NCBI GenBank assembly: GCA_036785375.1
Contig: JAWMAR010000134.1
Coordinates: 1,984,001-2,048,000, forward strand
Source: Leucoraja ocellata
Taxonomy: Eukaryota
Direction: 5' to 3'
Length of the DNA stretch: 64,000 nucleotides
Below the pieces are notes generated by a model, which did not search any database, was not told the DNA's origin, and saw only the letters and a program-made list of their open reading frames with translations. Made by a program: the position numbers and the translations under genes. Shown one piece after another: positions 26,027 through 38,284 of this stretch. Positions within the stretch are counted from its first letter, which is position 1. The number at the start of each line of letters is the position of its first letter.

Positions 26027-27586
26027 ATGGAGAACAGGAGAGAGAAAAGACTTTGCCTTTGCATTGTCTCCGCCTGTTCGTGCCCCACCGAACTCATTTC
26101 CAAATACCTTGACTCCATCCTATCACCCTTGGTTAAATCCCTCCCTACCTATGTCCAAGACACCTCAGACACTCTCCGTCGTCTCCGCGCATTCAATTCT
26201 CTAGGCCCTCACCCCCTCATCTTCACCATGGACGTCCAATCACTATACACCTCCATCCCCCACCACGATGGTCTCACAGCCCTCCGGTTCTTCCTCGACC
26301 AGAGAAGCAACCCATACCCAGCCACTGACACTCTCCTCCGCCTAGCGGAGCTGGTCCTTACCCTCAATAACTTCGAGTTCGACTCCTCCCACTTCCTCCA
26401 AATACAAGGCGTAGCTATGGGCACACGCATGGGCCCCAGCTATGCCTGCCTATTTGTAGGTTACGTCGAACAATCCTTGTTCAATACATACCAGGGCCCC
26501 ATCCCCAACCTCTACCTCCGCTACATCGACGACTGCTTTGGTGCCACCTCCTGCACCCGCACACAACTGACTGACTTCATCCACTTCACCACTAATTTCC
26601 ACCCGGCACTGAAATACACCTGGACCATCTCCGACACTTCCCTACCATTCCTTGACCTCACTATCTCCATTGCAGGTGATAGACTTCTAACCGACATACA
26701 CTACAAACCCACTGACTCCCATGGCTATCTGGACTACACTTCTTCCCACCCTGCTTCCTGTAAGGACTCCATCCCCTACTCCCAATTCCTCCGTCTACGT
26801 CGCATCTGCTCCACGGATGAGGCGTTCCACACCAGGACATCTGAAATGTCCTCACTATTCAGGGAACGGGGGTTCCCCTCCTCCACCATAAATGAGGCTC
26901 GCACCAGGGTCTCTTCCATACCCCGCAACACTGCTCTCTCTCCCCATCCCCGCACTCGCAACAAGGGCCGAGTCCCCCTAGTCCTCACCTTTCACCCCAC
27001 CAGCCATCACATACAAAAAATAATCCTCCGTCAGTTTCGCCACCTCCAACGTGACCCCACTACTAGCCACATCTTCCCATCTCCCCCCATATCTGCCTTC
27101 CGCAAAGACCGCTCCCTCCATAACTCCCTTGTCAATTCTTCCCTTCCCTCTCGGTCCACCCCCTCCCCGGGCACTTTCCCTTGCGGCCGCAGCAGATGCA
27201 ACACTTGTCCCTTTACCTCCCCCCTCAACTCCTTTCAGGGACCCAAGCAATCGTTCCAGGTGCGACAGAGGTTTACCTGCATCTCTTCCAACCTCATCTA
27301 TTGCGTCCGCTGCTCTAGATGTCAGCAGATCTATATCGGTGAGACCAAGCGGAGGTTGGGCGATCGTTTCGCCGAACACCTCCGCTCGGTCCACAATAAC
27401 CTAGCTGACCTCCCGGTGGCTCAGCACTTCAACTCCCCCTCCCACTCCGCCTCTGACCTCTCTGTCCTGGGTCTCCTCCATGGCCACAGCGAGCAGCACC
27501 GGAAATTGGAGGAACAGCACCTCATATTCCGTTTGGGGAGTCTGCACCCCGGGGGCATGAACATCGACTTCTCCCAATTCTGTTAG
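26027..27586 (+). CDS. Penelope-like reverse transcriptase + GIY-YIG endonuclease (N-terminally truncated; ATG supplied by the flanking element)
   Basis: FTMDVQSLYTSI, QGVAMGTRMGPSYA, YLRYIDD, LPFLD; Cys linker CGRSRCNTC; NLIYCVRC..IYIGETKRRLGDRFAEH. Confidence 0.9.
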   Translation: MENRREKRLCLCIVSACSCPTELISKYLDSILSPLVKSLPTYVQDTSDTLRRLRAFNSLGPHPLIFTMDVQSLYTSIPHHDGLTALRFFLDQRSNPYPATDTLLRLAELVLTLNNFEFDSSHFLQIQGVAMGTRMGPSYACLFVGYVEQSLFNTYQGPIPNLYLRYIDDCFGATSCTRTQLTDFIHFTTNFHPALKYTWTISDTSLPFLDLTISIAGDRLLTDIHYKPTDSHGYLDYTSSHPASCKDSIPYSQFLRLRRICSTDEAFHTRTSEMSSLFRERGFPSSTINEARTRVSSIPRNTALSPHPRTRNKGRVPLVLTFHPTSHHIQKIILRQFRHLQRDPTTSHIFPSPPISAFRKDRSLHNSLVNSSLPSRSTPSPGTFPCGRSRCNTCPFTSPLNSFQGPKQSFQVRQRFTCISSNLIYCVRCSRCQQIYIGETKRRLGDRFAEHLRSVHNNLADLPVAQHFNSPSHSASDLSVLGLLHGHSEQHRKLEEQHLIFRLGSLHPGGMNIDFSQFC

Positions 27587-27832
27587 TCCTTGCTGTCTCC
27601 TCCCCTTCCTCAGCTCCCCTGCTGTCTCCTCCCACCCTCCAGCCTTCCGGCTACTCCTCCTTTTCCCTTTCTTGTCCCCACCCACCCCCACCCCTGATCA
27701 GTCTGAAGAAGGGTTTCGGCCCGAAACGTTGCCTATTTCCTTCGCTCCATAGATGCTGCTGCACCCGCTGAGTTTCTCCAGCTTTTCTGTGTAACCTATG
27801 ATTCTCCAGCATCTGCAGTTCCCTCTTTAACC
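26060..27832 (+). mobile_element. Penelope-like retroelement (Neptune-type), 5'-truncated, young
   Basis: Flanked by TTGCCTT direct repeats (26053-26059, 27833-27839); uninterrupted RT-GIY-YIG ORF followed by pLTR. Confidence 0.93.
27701..27732 (+). ncRNA. Minimal type I hammerhead ribozyme motif in the Penelope pLTR
   Basis: CTGAAGA (27703-09), extra A, stem II GGGT-TTCG-GCCC, GAAA (27723-26), palindromic AACGTT, predicted cleavage after GUU at 27730; stem I only ~2 bp. Confidence 0.7.
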
Positions 27833-28642
27833 TTGCCTTCCATCACAGTGGGTTCACTGTGATGGATGTTTGTGTGAATTAAATTGTGTGTATGTCTGTA
27901 GGAAATTGTCTTTGTTTGTATGGCTGTGGAAACGGAATTTCGTTTGAGCCTCACTGAGACTCAAATGACAATAAATATTGTATTGTATTGTATTGTATTG
28001 TATTGAACAGAAATACAAACGTCACACTGCATGATGCAAGCCACTGGTTAGCCGCAAAAGTAGGATGGCCAGGTTACAGTTTGCCAAGAAATACTTAAAA
28101 GAGCAACCACAGTTCTGGAAAACGGTCTTGGGAACAGATGAGATGAAGATTAACTTGTATGAGAGTGATGGCAAGAGCAAAGTATGGAGGCGAGAAGGAA
28201 CTGCCCAAGATCCAAAGCATACCACCTCATCTGTGAAACACGGTGGTGGGGGTCTTATGGCCTGGGCATGTGTGGCTGATGAAGGTACTGCCTCACTTAT
28301 CTACATTGATGATACAACTGCTGATGGTAGTATCATAATGAATTCTGAAGTGTATAGATATATCTTATCTGATCAAGTTCAAACAAATCTCTCAAAACTC
28401 ATTGGCTGGCGGTTCATTCTACAGCAAGACAATGATCCCAAACATACTGCTAAATCAACAAAGGAGTTTTTCAAAGCTAAAAAATTGTTATTTCTTGAGT
28501 GGCCAAGTCAATCACCCGATCTGAACCCAATTGATCATTCCTTTTATATGCTGAAGAGAAAACTGAAGGGGACTAGGCCCCAAAACAAGCATCAGCTTAA
28601 GATGGCTATAATACAGGCCTGGCAGAGAATCACCAGAGAAGA

Positions 28643-29336
28643 TTTGCATTGAAGGTAGGCATGCAGGTGCAGCAGGCAGTAAAGAAAGCAAATGGTATGT
28701 TGGCTTTCATAGCAAAAGGATTTGAGTATAGGAGCAGGGAGGTTCTACTGCAGTTGTACAGGGTCTTGGTGAGACCACACCTGGAGTATTGCGTACAGTT
28801 TTGGTCTCCAAATCTGAGGAAGGACATTATTGCCATAGAGGGAGTGCAGAGAAGGTTCACCAGACTGATTCCTGGGATGTCAGGACTGTCTTATGAAGAA
28901 AGACTGGATAGACTTGGTTTATACTCTCTAGAATTTAGGAGATTGAGAGCAGATCTTATAGAAACGTACAAAATTCTTAAGGGGTTGGACAGGCTAGATG
29001 CAGAAAGATTGTTCCCGATGTTGGGGAAGTCCAGGACAAGGGGTCACAGCTTAAGGATAAGGGGGAAATCCTTTAAAACTGAGATGAGAAGAACTTTTTT
29101 CACACAGAGAGTGGTGAATCTCTGGAACTCTCTGCCACAGAGGGTAGTTGAGGCCAGTTCATTGGCTATATTTAAGAGGGAGTTAGATGTGGCCCTTGTG
29201 GCTAAGGGGATCAGAGGGTATGGAGAGAAGGCAGGTACGGGATACTGAGTTGGATGATCAGCCATGATCATATTGAATGGCGGTGCAGGCTCGAAGGGCC
29301 GAATGGCTTACTGCTGCACCTAATTTCTATGTTTCT
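28643..29336 (+). mobile_element. Young CR1 (HER1-like) 3' fragment inserted in the Tc1 transposase
   Basis: Open 199-aa C-terminal ORF (LVRPHLEYCVQFWSP, RVVNLWNSLP); AAGA duplicated at 28639-42 and 29337-40. Confidence 0.93.
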
Positions 29337-31979
29337 AAGACACCCAACAACTGGTGATGTCCATAATTCACAGACTTCAAGCAGTCATTGCATGCAAAGG
29401 ATATGCAACAAAATACTAAACATGACTACTTTCATTTACATGACATTGCTGTGTCCCAAACATTATGGTGCCCTGAAATGGGGGGGACTATGTATAAACA
29501 CTGCTGTAATTTCTACATGGTGAAACTAAAATGTATAAAAATGGTCTTCATTAAAATCTGACAATGTGCACTTTAACCACATGTGATTTTTTTTCCATTA
29601 CAAATCTCAAATTGCGGAATACAGAGGCAAATAAATAAATGGTGAGTCTTTGTAACAACTATATGGAAGGAAACTGGAGGACCAGGGAAAACCAGAGAGA
29701 CGGTGCAAACTCAACACAGGCTATAGCCAAGGTCAAGATTAAACACTGCTGTGCAATTGTGCTGCCCCTCACTTTCATTTGACTCTCTCCATTCATAATA
29801 AAATATGAACAATGGGTTAACAACATCTGTCTGTTGAAATTATTCAATTCTGAAGAGCTTACTCTCAAACTGGTAATGCCCCAAAACTACGACTGAGATA
29901 ACGGTCCCCATTATATGCCGAGATGCTCAGGGTTCTCACCTGGTATTCCAAATGTTCAGTGCAAATAATGCCAACATTCGAATGATACATCCTCTCCTCC
30001 CCCATCTCTGGACCCAACTGGCAAGATGACAACATACCCTAGATTGCCAAAGCTATACTGACTATATTTCCTTTCAGCCACATCTTCCCTATAGGGAGCA
30101 CCACCTGGTCACTAGAGAATTGTTTAGAGTAAATCCAAATCTTTACAAGACAGGTACCAGTTACTGTGATCTCACTTCAACCAGTAAGGTGATAAAAATC
30201 TAACACAAAATATTAGGTCAGTATTTTCATAACCTCGTTTATCAAAGCATCAACAAACCATACCTCTTTCATCAACAGTTTCATTCTATATGAATTAAAC
30301 AGACAATGAAATGATCCCTGTTGCATTGCATAATCATAATTAAAGGTGGAAGGAAAAGGTTGAAAAAAAGCTTCAAATTTACTAGTTCACAAAATATTAG
30401 ATTTTACTGTGCTATTTTAAAATATAAAAAAGGAGAAAATGTACATGAACAATCCATGGATTATACAAGAACTGCAGATGTCCGCAGGAGGTTATTTGAA
30501 CTCGAAGGGAATTTTAATTGGATCCACATCTAACTTACAGCCAAGCTGAAATGAAATTGCTTTGGGAGTGGATAAAACCCACATCAATGCAACATCACAA
30601 ACTCTACAAGGCACATAGGTTCAAAGCAGCTTGAATTTCTTGTGTATATTCAAGCACACAATTGCAAAATCAAGATGTTTGAGGATTTATTCATGGTTAA
30701 AATAATCCAACTAAATCCAAAGGTATCCGGAGTTCAAACATGCTGGATTGCATGAATAGCTCTTCAACAAAATATTTTTTTTTCTAAGAACCCACTGTAA
30801 ATAGAGAATTAATCTGTGATATCATTGTTCATGAATTTCAGACGACTAAAAAGAGAAAAGTGGCTCAGGAAGACATCCATTGTTATCCGTTTCTGGTCAA
30901 AACCATTTTGCATCTCTCCCTGAGCAAAGAATTGCAGCTGTGTCTTGGCAGTCTAAGAAGATTACTGCACCCTTCAACAAAAGTTGTAGAGTTTTGAATA
31001 GCCACAAATTAGAAGGCAGACAAATTATATTTTTCATTTGGAGAAAACCTGGAGGAGGTGCAATTTGTTTGTACCGTGTAACTTGTTTACCTCCAATTTT
31101 AAGTTAGGTTTTTGGGAGATGCTGCAGAAAAATCCTGAGCAACTTGCTGTACTTTACCTTGCGGATGGGACACAGCAATACCAGGCGAATGGTGGACAGT
31201 GTGCTTGCTTAAGATGAAAATCAAGTGGACAGTTTTGCCCCGGATGTTGCTGAGCTGCGTGTGATACTGGAGCTCTTTTACCATATACTTTTAATTGTAC
31301 TTTGCAAATTGATAATGGCAGTGGTCAGAAGCCCAGGCGGCATTCTTGGAGCCATTTCTTTGTCATAGAATCTTACAGAATGGAAACAGGCCCAACTTGC
31401 CCACACCAGCCAACATGTCCCGTCTACACTTGTCCCACCTACTTGCGTTGGGCCCATATCCCTCTAAAACTGTCCTATCTTGTTGGTTGACTATTAGGAT
31501 GGATGACGTCAGTTGTGCAGTCTTCATCAGTGTGCCCCAGTGTGGTTGCAAAAACAGCCCCAGAGGTGCACACTCAGTGGCAGAGGGAACATGGGAAAGG
31601 TGCGGTGGTAGGCAGAGACACTGGGGCATTGTTGCTCACCATTGGTCTCTGGTACCTTCAAGTTTGATATGGACCCTTTCAGCCAAAATACACCAGCCTA
31701 TTCTGACTCGGGCACAAGACTCCAGCTCTCTTACAGGAATGCCACTGTGTTTGAGACCATCTTTGATACAACCCTTGTCCCACTTTCTTGGGCACCGCTG
31801 CTTCTAATAGCCCTTAAGTCCATAAGGATTACCAAAGTACTTATGTTACATCCAGCTAGCTTTCTAATCTTTCGGCTAATGATTTCAATAAACACCTCTT
31901 ATGTGTGCATGAGGGGAAAATGGCAAAATTTGTGAAAGGCACAGAACTTGGAGTGTGATAATTAAAGGGGAGAATAAAT

Positions 31980-32870
31980 AAACTACACTAGGTCAGATGT
32001 TTGAATGGGCAGAAGCAAATGAAAGAGATCAGGAACCTGGAATCATGGTGTTGCGTCAACAACCTGGGCCTTAACACCAACAAGACATAAGAGTTAGTTG
32101 GTGACCTAAGGAAGCGGATTGGGGGGGTGGGGGGGGGGTAATGAACACAACCCCGTTCTCATCAATAGAGCTGCTGTAGAGATGGTTAACAGCTTTGTGT
32201 TCTGATGCATCCATATCACCACCAACCTAACCTGGTCCCTACACACTGATGTGGTGATTAAGAAAGCACACCAGCGTACATACTTTAAACATTCGAGAAA
32301 ACTCAACCTGTCCACAAGGAGCGTCTCGAAACTCTGCCGATGCACAATAGAAAATATTCTGACAGGATGCTTCTTGGACCATTATAGCAACTGCACCGCT
32401 TATGAATGGCTGAAGTAGCAAAGAATGGTGAACACAACCCAGTCCATCACAGCCTCATCAATTCCTTCCATCCAATCTATTTGCACAATGCGTTGCATCA
32501 CAAAGGCTAGATGTACCATCAAGGATGTCTGCCACCCTGGTCATTCACTTCTCTCTCATGAAAACCATGGCCATAAAGACTTATGAACAGCTTCTTCCCC
32601 AATGGTTTCAGACTCCTGAACCAATCTTTCTCATCCCCTTCCCAGAAGTGCTAACACATACTTTTATTCTGACTTCTACCTCATTCAGTTATGTTATTAA
32701 TGCACTTAAGTATTTTATCTGCACTACATGAGGCTGCGCTGCAACCTTTGCACCATTCTGCTGGTCATATCTGCCATTACCAGTATACTGTTTACTTCAA
32801 TGAGGATCATGCAAAATGAGAATTTCATGGCATCCTGGCGTTTGTGACAATAAACTAATCTGAATCTGAA
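31980..32870 (+). mobile_element. Degenerate Rex1/Babar LINE 3' region
   Basis: tggtgttgcgtcaacaacctgggccttaacaccaacaagac (WC..NNLGLNTNK); tail tgacaataaa(ctgaat)n. Confidence 0.75.
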
Positions 32871-34359
32871 TTAAAATGAAAAACAGAAGTGTATTTAGAA
32901 ACCAAGAGACAGAATTGTGCAATTCTGAACGAAAGACAAAGGAGATGCAATTTAAAAAAAACCTGATATTATTAGGATTTGGAAATCAGGCCACCAAGGG
33001 CATTAGAAACAGAACCAAATCAGTGCATTTAAAAGATAACTGGATAGACATGCGAGGAGCATTTACAAGGTCACAGGGAAATAATTGATGGGCTAAATGA
33101 TCTCCTTCTGTGCCACACCATTCTGTTGTTTTATTGGACCTCTTTAAAAAATGGAATTCAGTTTAGTTTATTGTGGTGCAGTGAAAAGCTTTTGTTGCGT
33201 GCTAACCAGTCAGCAGAAAGACAATACATGATGCAATTGATCGTAATTCATCTCATTCTCATTGATCTAATTGATCCAAATTCTAATTGATCTCAATATT
33301 TCTCCATGAAGCCAAAATACGTCCTTCATACAAGGTGGGTCATGTATCAAACTTTCATGTGGAATTTAAATTTGTATGCAAATAAAATGAACCATTTGGT
33401 ATTATCTACCAGGGCATGAATTGCTCAGACAGGGATCAAAAACACCTGAAACTGTACATTGTCAAAATGTGAACAACAGTCTGGCCAGGAATTATCGCCT
33501 TCATCCTCTTCCTAGTAAACATAGAGGAACATTCCTGGAGAAGGGACATCAGAGCGCTAGCAAGCATTTTTATTTTCAGACAGCACAATGTAAATTATTT
33601 ATTAGATGTCACATCATGCAAACATGGCTATTTTCCATTATGACTCTTCCTATTTTCGATTATCTTTGAAATGTCACCGTCCTTTGATCAAGTTACAGTT
33701 TTTTGACTGTGAAGCATTTCACATTTACTGCATACAGCTTCAGAGGTGCAGGGCAATCCAAGGAAAATAAGTAGAAAGAAACCAGAGTAAAAATAAAACA
33801 AGTTTAACATTTCCATCTGCTAAAACCAATTGGAATTACATGGGGAGCCAAAGACTTGCTGCAAGTTTAAAATGGTGTTTAAATTCAATGAAGCAAACTG
33901 GTACTTTAGAGAGAGTCAATCCTAAAACACAGTTTGATATTATTTTGAATGAGTGCAAGCTTGGAGAGATAAAGGAAATGCCCTTGTTGGACATAAAAGA
34001 TGAACATGAAGCAGATTGACTGACAGTGTTTAATATTTGAACAAAAAATCTAGGCAAAATGCAATAAATCACTTGGCAGCAATCACAAAGCTTTCTTTAA
34101 AATATCCATCACAGCACGGGAACTAAATAGTTTCATTCCTTGTGATTAATTAACTCACATTATTTCTGACACAGTGTTCAAATTTGCACTTGAACCAAAC
34201 AAATTAAAAAGCGATAATTGTAACTGTTCTGAATTATTCCTCAAAAGAGAGTTGGGTGTCACACTGTATACCATGTTCATCTCAGCTACAACTGCCTTGC
34301 TTATGCAATCATCGTGAAAGTATCACCAGCAATTACAACTTTAGTCATTCCTATGCTGT

Positions 34360-35590
34360 AAATTGGGGGATTGGATCATTGCTGGCATGACCAGCATTCA
34401 TTGCCCATCCTTAATTGACCTCAGGAAAGTGGTGGTAAGCACCTCCTTGAACTGCTGCAGTTTTGGGGTTTCCAGTTCTTGGAGTCATAAAGTCATAGTC
34501 ATAAATCATGAACACAATTTCTCCTGTGATTCAGTGGTACATCAGTAATGTTGTTGGGGAGGTGGTTCCGGGATTTAAACCCAGTAATAATGATAAGTCA
34601 ACAATATATCCAAAATCAGGATGGTTGGAGGGGGAGCCCGAGGGTGACAGTGTTCTCATGTACCTGCATCCCTTGTGCATCTTGATTATAGAGGTGTGTT
34701 TGAAGGTGATATTGCTGTAGGTGAGCAAATATTGTGCATTTTGCATGTGGTACACGTTGAAAATGTGTGATACAGAGGATGAATGATTAAGTGGGCAAAT
34801 AGGGTGTCAACCAGGTAGGCCAGTTTGTCCAGAATGATGTTGAATTTCTCAAGTGCTGTAACAGCTGTACTCATCCAAGTAAGTGGAGAACGGTCCATTA
34901 CATTAATTGCTTGTCAATGAAAATGCTTTGGAGCATCAGAAGGTGAATCACTCACCTGACTCAACTGCTATCATAACCATGTGAGTGACGTGGTTAGTCC
35001 AGTTGAGTTTCTGGTCAAGGGAAATCCCTTGGTGGGGGACTTGGCAATGATATTGTCATTGAATGCAAGGCGTTTCAACTCTCCTTTATTTGAGATGGTC
35101 ATTGCTTTGTACTTTTGTGATGTAATTGTTAACGTCCACCCATGCCTGAATATCTTGCAGCATGCACTACTTCATTTGTTGAGTTGTGAATGGAATTGAA
35201 TATTATGGAGTTATCAGGGGGAAAAAACTTCTGACATTATTGATGATCCAGCTGAAAGTGGTTGGCCCTGGGACACGACTCTGAGGAACTCCTAGGTGAT
35301 ACCCTAGGCTTGGATGAGGCACCTCCATTATTTGTGTTAGATATAAGACCAATATCATCAAAGACATGGATACCTGCCTATATTTCCCTGCAGATACAAG
35401 GTCAGCCAAATGTATACATTATCATCACTTTTCCAAATCTTTCCACTTTCTTTCTCAACTATTCTCTTGCCTCATTGCATGGACTGATTGCAGCTCATCC
35501 AAGAGGATTGTGCGTCAAAGCCAGGACCTTAGGTGGCTGCCACAAATTCCATCCCCTTGAGGCAACTTTGAATCCGTTCATGGCCTGAAT
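34360..35590 (-). mobile_element. Ancient CR1/L2-group LINE RT remnant
   Basis: LGVPQSRVPGPTTFSWIINN (GVPQGSVLGP-like) and SPLTWMSTAVTALEKFNII in minus ORFs. Confidence 0.6.
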
Positions 35591-35689
35591 CTATGCGCCT
35601 CCAAAACTCCACTTTCCTCTAATCTGTCTTTTATGTGTTTCTCCACTTTCCTTTTCCTATTACAGAGCAAGACCAATGTTGGAAAGCAC

Positions 35690-35885
35690 AAGAGACAGCA
35701 GATGCTGGAATGTTGAGCCAAGAACAAATCTGTTGGAGGAATTCAGCACATCGGACAGCCTCAATGGGGGGGGAAATGGATAGTTGATGGTTTTTGGATC
35801 TTGACCCAGAACCGACTGTCCATATCTCTCTACAGATACTACATAACCCGCTGAGTTCCTCCAGCCAATTGTTTTTTTACTCAAG
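35690..35885. mobile_element. Older fold-back pLTR element
   Basis: tggaggaattcagc ... gctgagttcctcca inverted arms; gcagatgctggaat terminus. Confidence 0.65.
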
Positions 35886-38284
35886 ACTTTGAGAGTTGGT
35901 GACAAAGGAATCAACATGCATTAGAGGGAAGAACAGTAATGTCTGTCTTTGGTTGATGTTGCTAAAGGGCAGCAGGGTAGAATAAGGGAGGCATTTGGAG
36001 GCAGAGACAGAGGAAGGTCAAGGCTGGAACTTTGGGAGATCAGATACATTGGAGCTATATTTGAAAGAAACAAATTACCTGAGATTACTGTCTAGAACTA
36101 TATTGTTAAGAGTGGCACCATCCAGACATCAGAGGCTTTGGAACGGGATGGGGGATAGTCAACCACATCAAAAATCTAGAAAACACAGAGTAGCAATTTC
36201 ACATCCACAATAGAATGTCTGTGCCAACTTTGACAGTGATTATTGCAGTAACTTGGTGATGATAAATCTCATTCAGAGGTTTGAATACTAAGCAGAGGGA
36301 AAAGGAACATTAATTTGGAGATGTTCAAGGCTTTGAGGTGGGGCAATTATTTAAAAACCAAGGGCCAAGAAGTGATTTATTTATTTATTTATTTTATAAA
36401 CAGCTCACCAGAAAAGAATGTCCTATAACTGCATCATGCAAAGGAGATAGCTTTAATTGTAAGAGTTTATATGGCAGGATATGATTGTTGAGATCAAGAT
36501 AAGAGAAAATTAAAGGATGAGAGTTCAGGGTGAGGACAGAATGCAAAAAAATAGCTGTCAAATAATTACAATCTTAATGATGGCTCAAGAGGAACATTTT
36601 CTTCCCGAATCCTTGCCTAACATTAGCACTATTAGGCAAGGATTTAGGAGGCGGCTTTAAGGAGCCAGAGCATATCATTTTGAACCAGGATTATTCAAGT
36701 GGATCTGGCAGAGAAAAAGAAATGCCACGATACTTGCTAAATATCGAGGTAATTGTCCACCAATTCAGTTCAGTTCACAAACAGCTCAGATTTTAGTTTG
36801 CAAATAGGTGCTCTGCAATGACCAAACCTGGCAGGAGACTAAACTATTGTCAGTCACACCATAATCTCTCTCTTCTTTTTGACAGCAAATTCAATGTGAT
36901 CCTTATGTCCCTGTGATTTCCCATTTGTAATATTCCATCTTTATTTTGGTGTTACTTAATGAAAAGAACAGAACTTCCTGAAGACAAGAGACCGTAGATG
37001 CCCGGAGAGCAGTGCTCGGTAGAAGCTTCTGGAGGGCCATGGGCCAGTTCTTTACCCTGGCAGGCAGCAGGTCTGGCTCGCCCGTCGTGGGACCCGAGAA
37101 CCCACCCGGAGTGAGTCTGAGGCTCATCTCCAAACACCAGGAATCAGAGAATTTCACTGGTACGTGTTAATAAAAGAACTACTGAATACAGAATGACAGT
37201 GGAAGAAACAGCACCCACTATATAGATGGAACTTGGAGAGATGGGGTTGGGGGAGGGAGAGAGTGGATGGAATTGGGGAACAACCTGGATGGAAGATCAG
37301 TTCAAGCCCTTGTCCCACCCCTCCCTGTATACTGGCAACCTTTCAGTCCTGATCTAGAACCTTGACGCAATGCTTCAACTTACACCTTTTGCCTCACAAA
37401 TGCTGCTTGACCCACTGAGTTCTTCCAGTGCCTTATTTTTTTATTTGAGCAGAAATTATTCTGTTTATCTATTTTTTATGGTCAGAGGTGTCGCCAAAGC
37501 AGGCTGCCCACATTTGTTAATCCCTGAAAGTGTCCCAGTCTTAAATGCTGATTGTACGCTTTGCAACCGGGCCTTGAGTGATGTAATACAGTCATATAGG
37601 TGAGCCAAAACAAACCAACTTTACAAAACATCTGTGAACACTTGACAATTGGCTAAGCCATGCACACAAGCTTAATTAAACTGCCAACTTATCAAAAATG
37701 TGTTTCTGATATTCAGATGTTAAATAAAAAATAGTTTCATTTAAATATCAAAAAGATAATTAAAAGCAGTTTTAAACAAGTAAAACGTTGTAAATCCAAT
37801 TAACCCAGAAAATGTTAAACTACTTAATATTTACCCTTGGCCAATGCAAATACTCCTCTCCACTAAAGCAATTAGAACTAGTGCAGGAAGAGCGAGTCTA
37901 TGCCGACACAGGTTCAATGGAGAGATTCCCTTGTGCAGTGCTTGGAACCAAAGAATGTCTGTACTCCATCACTGAACTACAAGGAATTCTTGTTGAAGAT
38001 TGCTGAATTTGATAGGTCCAAATTGTGGGGCAGACAAGACAGATTGCCAACATTTCCCAACAAACTCCAACACCATGGGTTGTAATCACCCTGTACAGTT
38101 TACTTGTTTTCCTTGTACACCTTTCTTAAAGCATGGGAAGCGCAGCAATAAATGCTGTCAATATGACACACCAGCATTACATAAGAAAAAGGCACGAAGC
38201 AAAGTTTGGAATAAGAATCATTATTCAAATTACTAAAAAATAGTGATGCACACATAATATTAAGGAACAGCTTTAACATAAAAA

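Larger units (their letters stand above)
25488..28005 (+). mobile_element. 5'-truncated GC-rich Rex1-tailed element (25488-26059 and 27833-28005) split by the Penelope insertion
   Basis: Homology to 5492-6372; ends in stem-loop, gacaataaa and (tattg)n. Confidence 0.8.
25180..29420 (+). pseudogene. Tc1 transposase split in three pieces (25180-25487, 28006-28642, 29341-29420)
   Basis: N-terminal GRPRK motif; TDEMK, QQDNDPKH, WPSQSPDLNPI in ORF 28065-28652; removing the CR1 insert restores ...ITREDTQQLVMSIIHRLQAVIACKGYATKY*. Confidence 0.92.
24832..29676 (+). mobile_element. Tc1-family DNA transposon, IR/DR type with ~220-bp TIRs, carrying nested insertions
   Basis: Left TIR 24832-25052 follows TA; right TIR ~29455-29676 is its reverse complement (outer end decayed); outer and inner ccata(c/a)tgtttggg direct repeats. 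Confidence 0.92.

Noticed and set aside
28500-28540. Apparent DD34D triad (SPDLNPID) in the Tc1 transposase
   Set aside because: All other motifs are Tc1 DD34E type; a single GAG-to-GAT change in a dead copy is the simpler explanation
36903-37157. GC-elevated patch with short minus-strand ORFs
   Set aside because: No recognisable domain or convincing splice-site pair; probably an unclassified repeat fragment
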